DNA from: an uncultured bacterium
GTDB taxonomy: Bacteria; Auribacterota; Erginobacteria; Erginobacterales; Erginobacteraceae
NCBI GenBank assembly: GCA_963822585.1
Contig: CAWGIE010000007.1
Coordinates: 96,001-160,000, forward strand
Length of the DNA: 64,000 bases
Direction of reading: 5' to 3'
A model generated the notes under the pieces. It searched no databases, had not been told where the DNA came from, and saw only the letters and a program-made list of their open reading frames with translations. Every line of letters starts with the position of its first letter. Positions within the stretch are counted from its first letter, which is position 1. This document shows positions 61,126-64,000 of the stretch, piece by piece. The translations under genes and the position numbers were made by a program.

Positions 61126-63177
61126 ATGAAAGCGATCGTTCTCGCCTATCACTCTATCGGCTGCGTGGGGATCGAAGCCCTCCTCCGTCACGGCTTCACC
61201 ATAGAAGCCGTCTTTACTCACCGGGATAACCCGGATGAAAACATCTGGTTCCCGTCGGTCGCGGAACTGGCCGCCGTTCACGGGCTGCCGGTATACGCTC
61301 CCGATAACATCAATCATCCTCTCTGGGTGGAACGAATCAGGGAGCTCGCCCCGGACATTATCTTCTCATTCTATTATCGGAAAATGATCTCGAAAAAAAT
61401 CCTCGAGATCCCGCCCCGGGGCGCCCTTAATCTCCACGGTTCCCTGCTTCCCTCTTACCGGGGCCGCTCCCCCCTTAACTGGGTGCTGGTAAACGGCGAG
61501 AAAGAGACCGGCGTCACTCTTCACTACATGACCCCCCATCCGGACGACGGCGATATCGTGGCCGCCCGGGCTTTCCCGATCGGCGAAGACGACACCGCCC
61601 GGTCCCTCTTCGACCGGGCGGTTGCCGTCTCCCGAGAACTGCTCGATGAAACAATGCCCCTGATCGAGAAGGGGACGGCCAAGCGAACCCCCCAGGATCA
61701 TTCCCGGGCCACCTATTTCGGCGGGCGCACTCCGGACGACGGCAAAATCGACTGGTCGAAGCCGGCCCCGGAGATCAGGAACCTGGTCCGGGCGGTCACC
61801 CATCCCTTCCCGGGGGCCTTCACCTTTAAGGGCGATCAAAAACTGTTTGTCTGGAAAGCGGATCTCATCCCCGGCGACCGGGAGGAAAAACCGGGGTGCG
61901 TGATTTCCACTGACCCCTTGGTGGTGGCCTGCGGGAAGGACGCCCTGGCCCTCACCCTCGCCCAGCCGGAAGGATCGGTGCAGATGTCCGGCACCCAGGC
62001 GGCGGGGGAACTGGGCCTGGTCCCCGGGTCCCGGCTGGGAACGACCAGCACTTTTCTGGCGTCTTCTTCCCCGGTGCGGGTCCTGATCCTGGGGGTGAGC
62101 GGTTTTATCGGCAACTCCCTGGTCGATCGTCTGATCGAAGAGGGCGGCTACGAGATTTACGGCATGGATTTGCAGTCGGATAACATCCGGCGCTTCATCG
62201 GTCATCCGGCGTTCCATTTCGTGGAAGGAGATATCAGCATTAACCGGGAATGGATCGAATACCACGTGCGGAAATGCGATGTCATCCTTCCCCTGGTCGC
62301 GATCGCCACCCCGATTGAATACGTGCGCAACCCCCTTCGGGTCTTCACGCTTGATTTCGAGGAAAACCTGAGAATCGTCCGTTACTGCGCCCGATTCAAG
62401 AAAAGGCTGATCTTCCCTTCCACCTCGGAAGTGTACGGGATGTGCCCGGACAAGGAATTCGATGAGAACCGGAGCAACCTGGTGACCGGACCGATCCGGA
62501 TGCAGCGCTGGATATACAGCTGCAGCAAGCAGCTTCTCGATCGGGTGATCTGGGCGTACGGAGCCAAGGAAGGACTCCGGTTCTCTCTCTTCCGCCCCTT
62601 CAACTGGCTCGGCCCGCGTCTGGACAGCCTGGACTCCGCCCGGATCGGCAGCTCCCGGGCGATCACCCAGCTCATCCTGAACCTGGTCACCGGCACCCCG
62701 ATTCAGCTGGTGGACGGTGGGGAGCAGAAGCGCTGTTTTACCGATGTCCGGGACGGTATCGACTGTCTTTACCGGATTATCGAGAACAGGGACAACCGGG
62801 CCGGCGGGGAAATATTCAATATCGGGAACCCCGAAAATGAGGCCAGCATCCGGGAACTGGCCGAGATCCTGACCGCCCTTTTCCAGGAACACCCCCTGAG
62901 AAAGCTCTTCCCTCCCCCCGCCGGGATGACATCGGTCGAAAGCGGCACCTACTACGGAAAGGGAGGTTACCAGGACGTCGTCTTCCGGAAGCCCTCTATT
63001 CGGAACGCGAAAAAAAAACTCGGCTGGAACCCGAAAATCCCCCTGGAAGAGGCAATCCGGTCAACCCTGGACTTCTTCCTCCGCGAAGCCGCCGAAAAAC
63101 TCCAGGCGAATAACATTTCTCATAAAGCAAATCAACCACGAAGGACACGAAGAACACGAAGAAAGAATATGAAATAG
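61126..63177 (+). CDS. arnA: Bifunctional UDP-glucuronate oxidase / UDP-L-Ara4N formyltransferase
   Basis: [42 protein letters not shown]. Confidence 0.96.
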   Translation: MKAIVLAYHSIGCVGIEALLRHGFTIEAVFTHRDNPDENIWFPSVAELAAVHGLPVYAPDNINHPLWVERIRELAPDIIFSFYYRKMISKKILEIPPRGALNLHGSLLPSYRGRSPLNWVLVNGEKETGVTLHYMTPHPDDGDIVAARAFPIGEDDTARSLFDRAVAVSRELLDETMPLIEKGTAKRTPQDHSRATYFGGRTPDDGKIDWSKPAPEIRNLVRAVTHPFPGAFTFKGDQKLFVWKADLIPGDREEKPGCVISTDPLVVACGKDALALTLAQPEGSVQMSGTQAAGELGLVPGSRLGTTSTFLASSSPVRVLILGVSGFIGNSLVDRLIEEGGYEIYGMDLQSDNIRRFIGHPAFHFVEGDISINREWIEYHVRKCDVILPLVAIATPIEYVRNPLRVFTLDFEENLRIVRYCARFKKRLIFPSTSEVYGMCPDKEFDENRSNLVTGPIRMQRWIYSCSKQLLDRVIWAYGAKEGLRFSLFRPFNWLGPRLDSLDSARIGSSRAITQLILNLVTGTPIQLVDGGEQKRCFTDVRDGIDCLYRIIENRDNRAGGEIFNIGNPENEASIRELAEILTALFQEHPLRKLFPPPAGMTSVESGTYYGKGGYQDVVFRKPSIRNAKKKLGWNPKIPLEEAIRSTLDFFLREAAEKLQANNISHKANQPRRTRRTRRKNMK

Positions 63178-63302
63178 TGGACTGATGAAGTGTTAGGGCA
63201 ATTACTCCAGAGCCGCCTGTTGCGTTATACTCTTTAATTCATTATTCCATTGTTTCACTGCTCTGACCGGACTTCTTCGTGTCCTTCGTGTCCTTCGTGG
63301 TT
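63134..63302. repeat. CACGAAG 9-mer periodic palindromic element overlapping the arnA 3' end
   Basis: AACCACGAAGGACACGAAGAACACGAAG...CTTCGTGTCCTTCGTGTCCTTCGTGGTT. Confidence 0.85.
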
Positions 63303-63318
63303 TCCAACATCATGTACT

Positions 63319-64000
63319 ATGATTGTTGGTTTAAGAATTGACGTCGACACTTATAACGGCACCCGGAGCGGTGTTCCCGTGCTCCTTGATATTTTGGCCC
63401 GGGAAGGCATCCGGGCATCCTTTTTTTCTCTCTCGGCCGAGATAACATGGGACGGCACATCCGGCGGCTATTGAAACCGCGGTTTCTTCTCAAGATGCTG
63501 AGGAGCAACGCCGCCGGACTCTACGGCTGGGATATCCTCCTCCGGGGTACTTTCTGGCCCGGACCCGATATCACGCCGATTCTCTCCCCCTCTCTCCGGC
63601 GGGCTGACCGGGACGGCCATGAGATCGGGCTCCACGCCCTGGATCACCACCGGTGGCAGCAGAACGCGCATAAATTCAGCGTGGAGGAAATCACCGGGGA
63701 GTTGCGGGAAGGGTGCCGGATGATCGGGGAGATCACCGGGAGGAAACCGGACTGTTTCGCCGCCCCCGGCTGGAAAGGGACCGAAAATCTGCTCCGGGCC
63801 GAAGAGAATCTCCCTCTCCGGTACGCCAGTGACTGCCGGGGGAGAGACGTCTTCCGGCCGCGGGTCGACGGCCGGGCCGGAGCGGTCCCCCAGGTCCCGG
63901 TTACGCTGCCCACCTATGACGAAGTGATCGGCGGCGGTGGGCTCAGTGACCATACCTATAATGAGTACATCTTCTCGCTGATGGTGGACGGTCGCCCCAA
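63319..64000 (+). CDS. arnD: L-Ara4FN-undecaprenol deformylase, frameshifted at 63421-63427, runs off the window end
   Basis: [10 protein letters not shown]7 to T8 gives [38 protein letters not shown]. Confidence 0.85.

Overview
GC-rich chromosomal window from a diderm bacterium with about 50 coding regions. The C-terminal DYxGDG..GLWAxRG repeat domain recalls, from memory and unverified, PVC-group or Ca. Auribacterota MAG proteins. Left end: a HigBA-like toxin-antitoxin (TA) pair, an orphan ParB-like CTPase beside a perfect palindrome, a coupled pair of exported single-HKD phospholipase D proteins, a gloB-gshB-gshA glutathione cluster, then eno-ftsB and several transporters. Middle: an ECF sigma/anti-sigma/Spy module, an asparaginase-aspD-aspT-permease operon, a giant C25 (gingipain-like) peptidase, an S9 peptidase and a second TA pair. 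Right end: envelope glycosyltransferases, three ArnT paralogues and arnBCAD. Six genes carry apparent single frameshifts, five at homopolymers, and these are probably sequencing errors. No rRNA, tRNA, CRISPR array or transposase was found. The most striking signal is non-coding. Many intergenic gaps hold short-period (7/8/9-bp) tandem-repeat elements of at least nine unit types, mostly palindromic and often starting exactly at a stop codon. There is also a 200-bp GTAG-linker/variable-hairpin element in three full copies plus one partial copy, with compensatory base changes.
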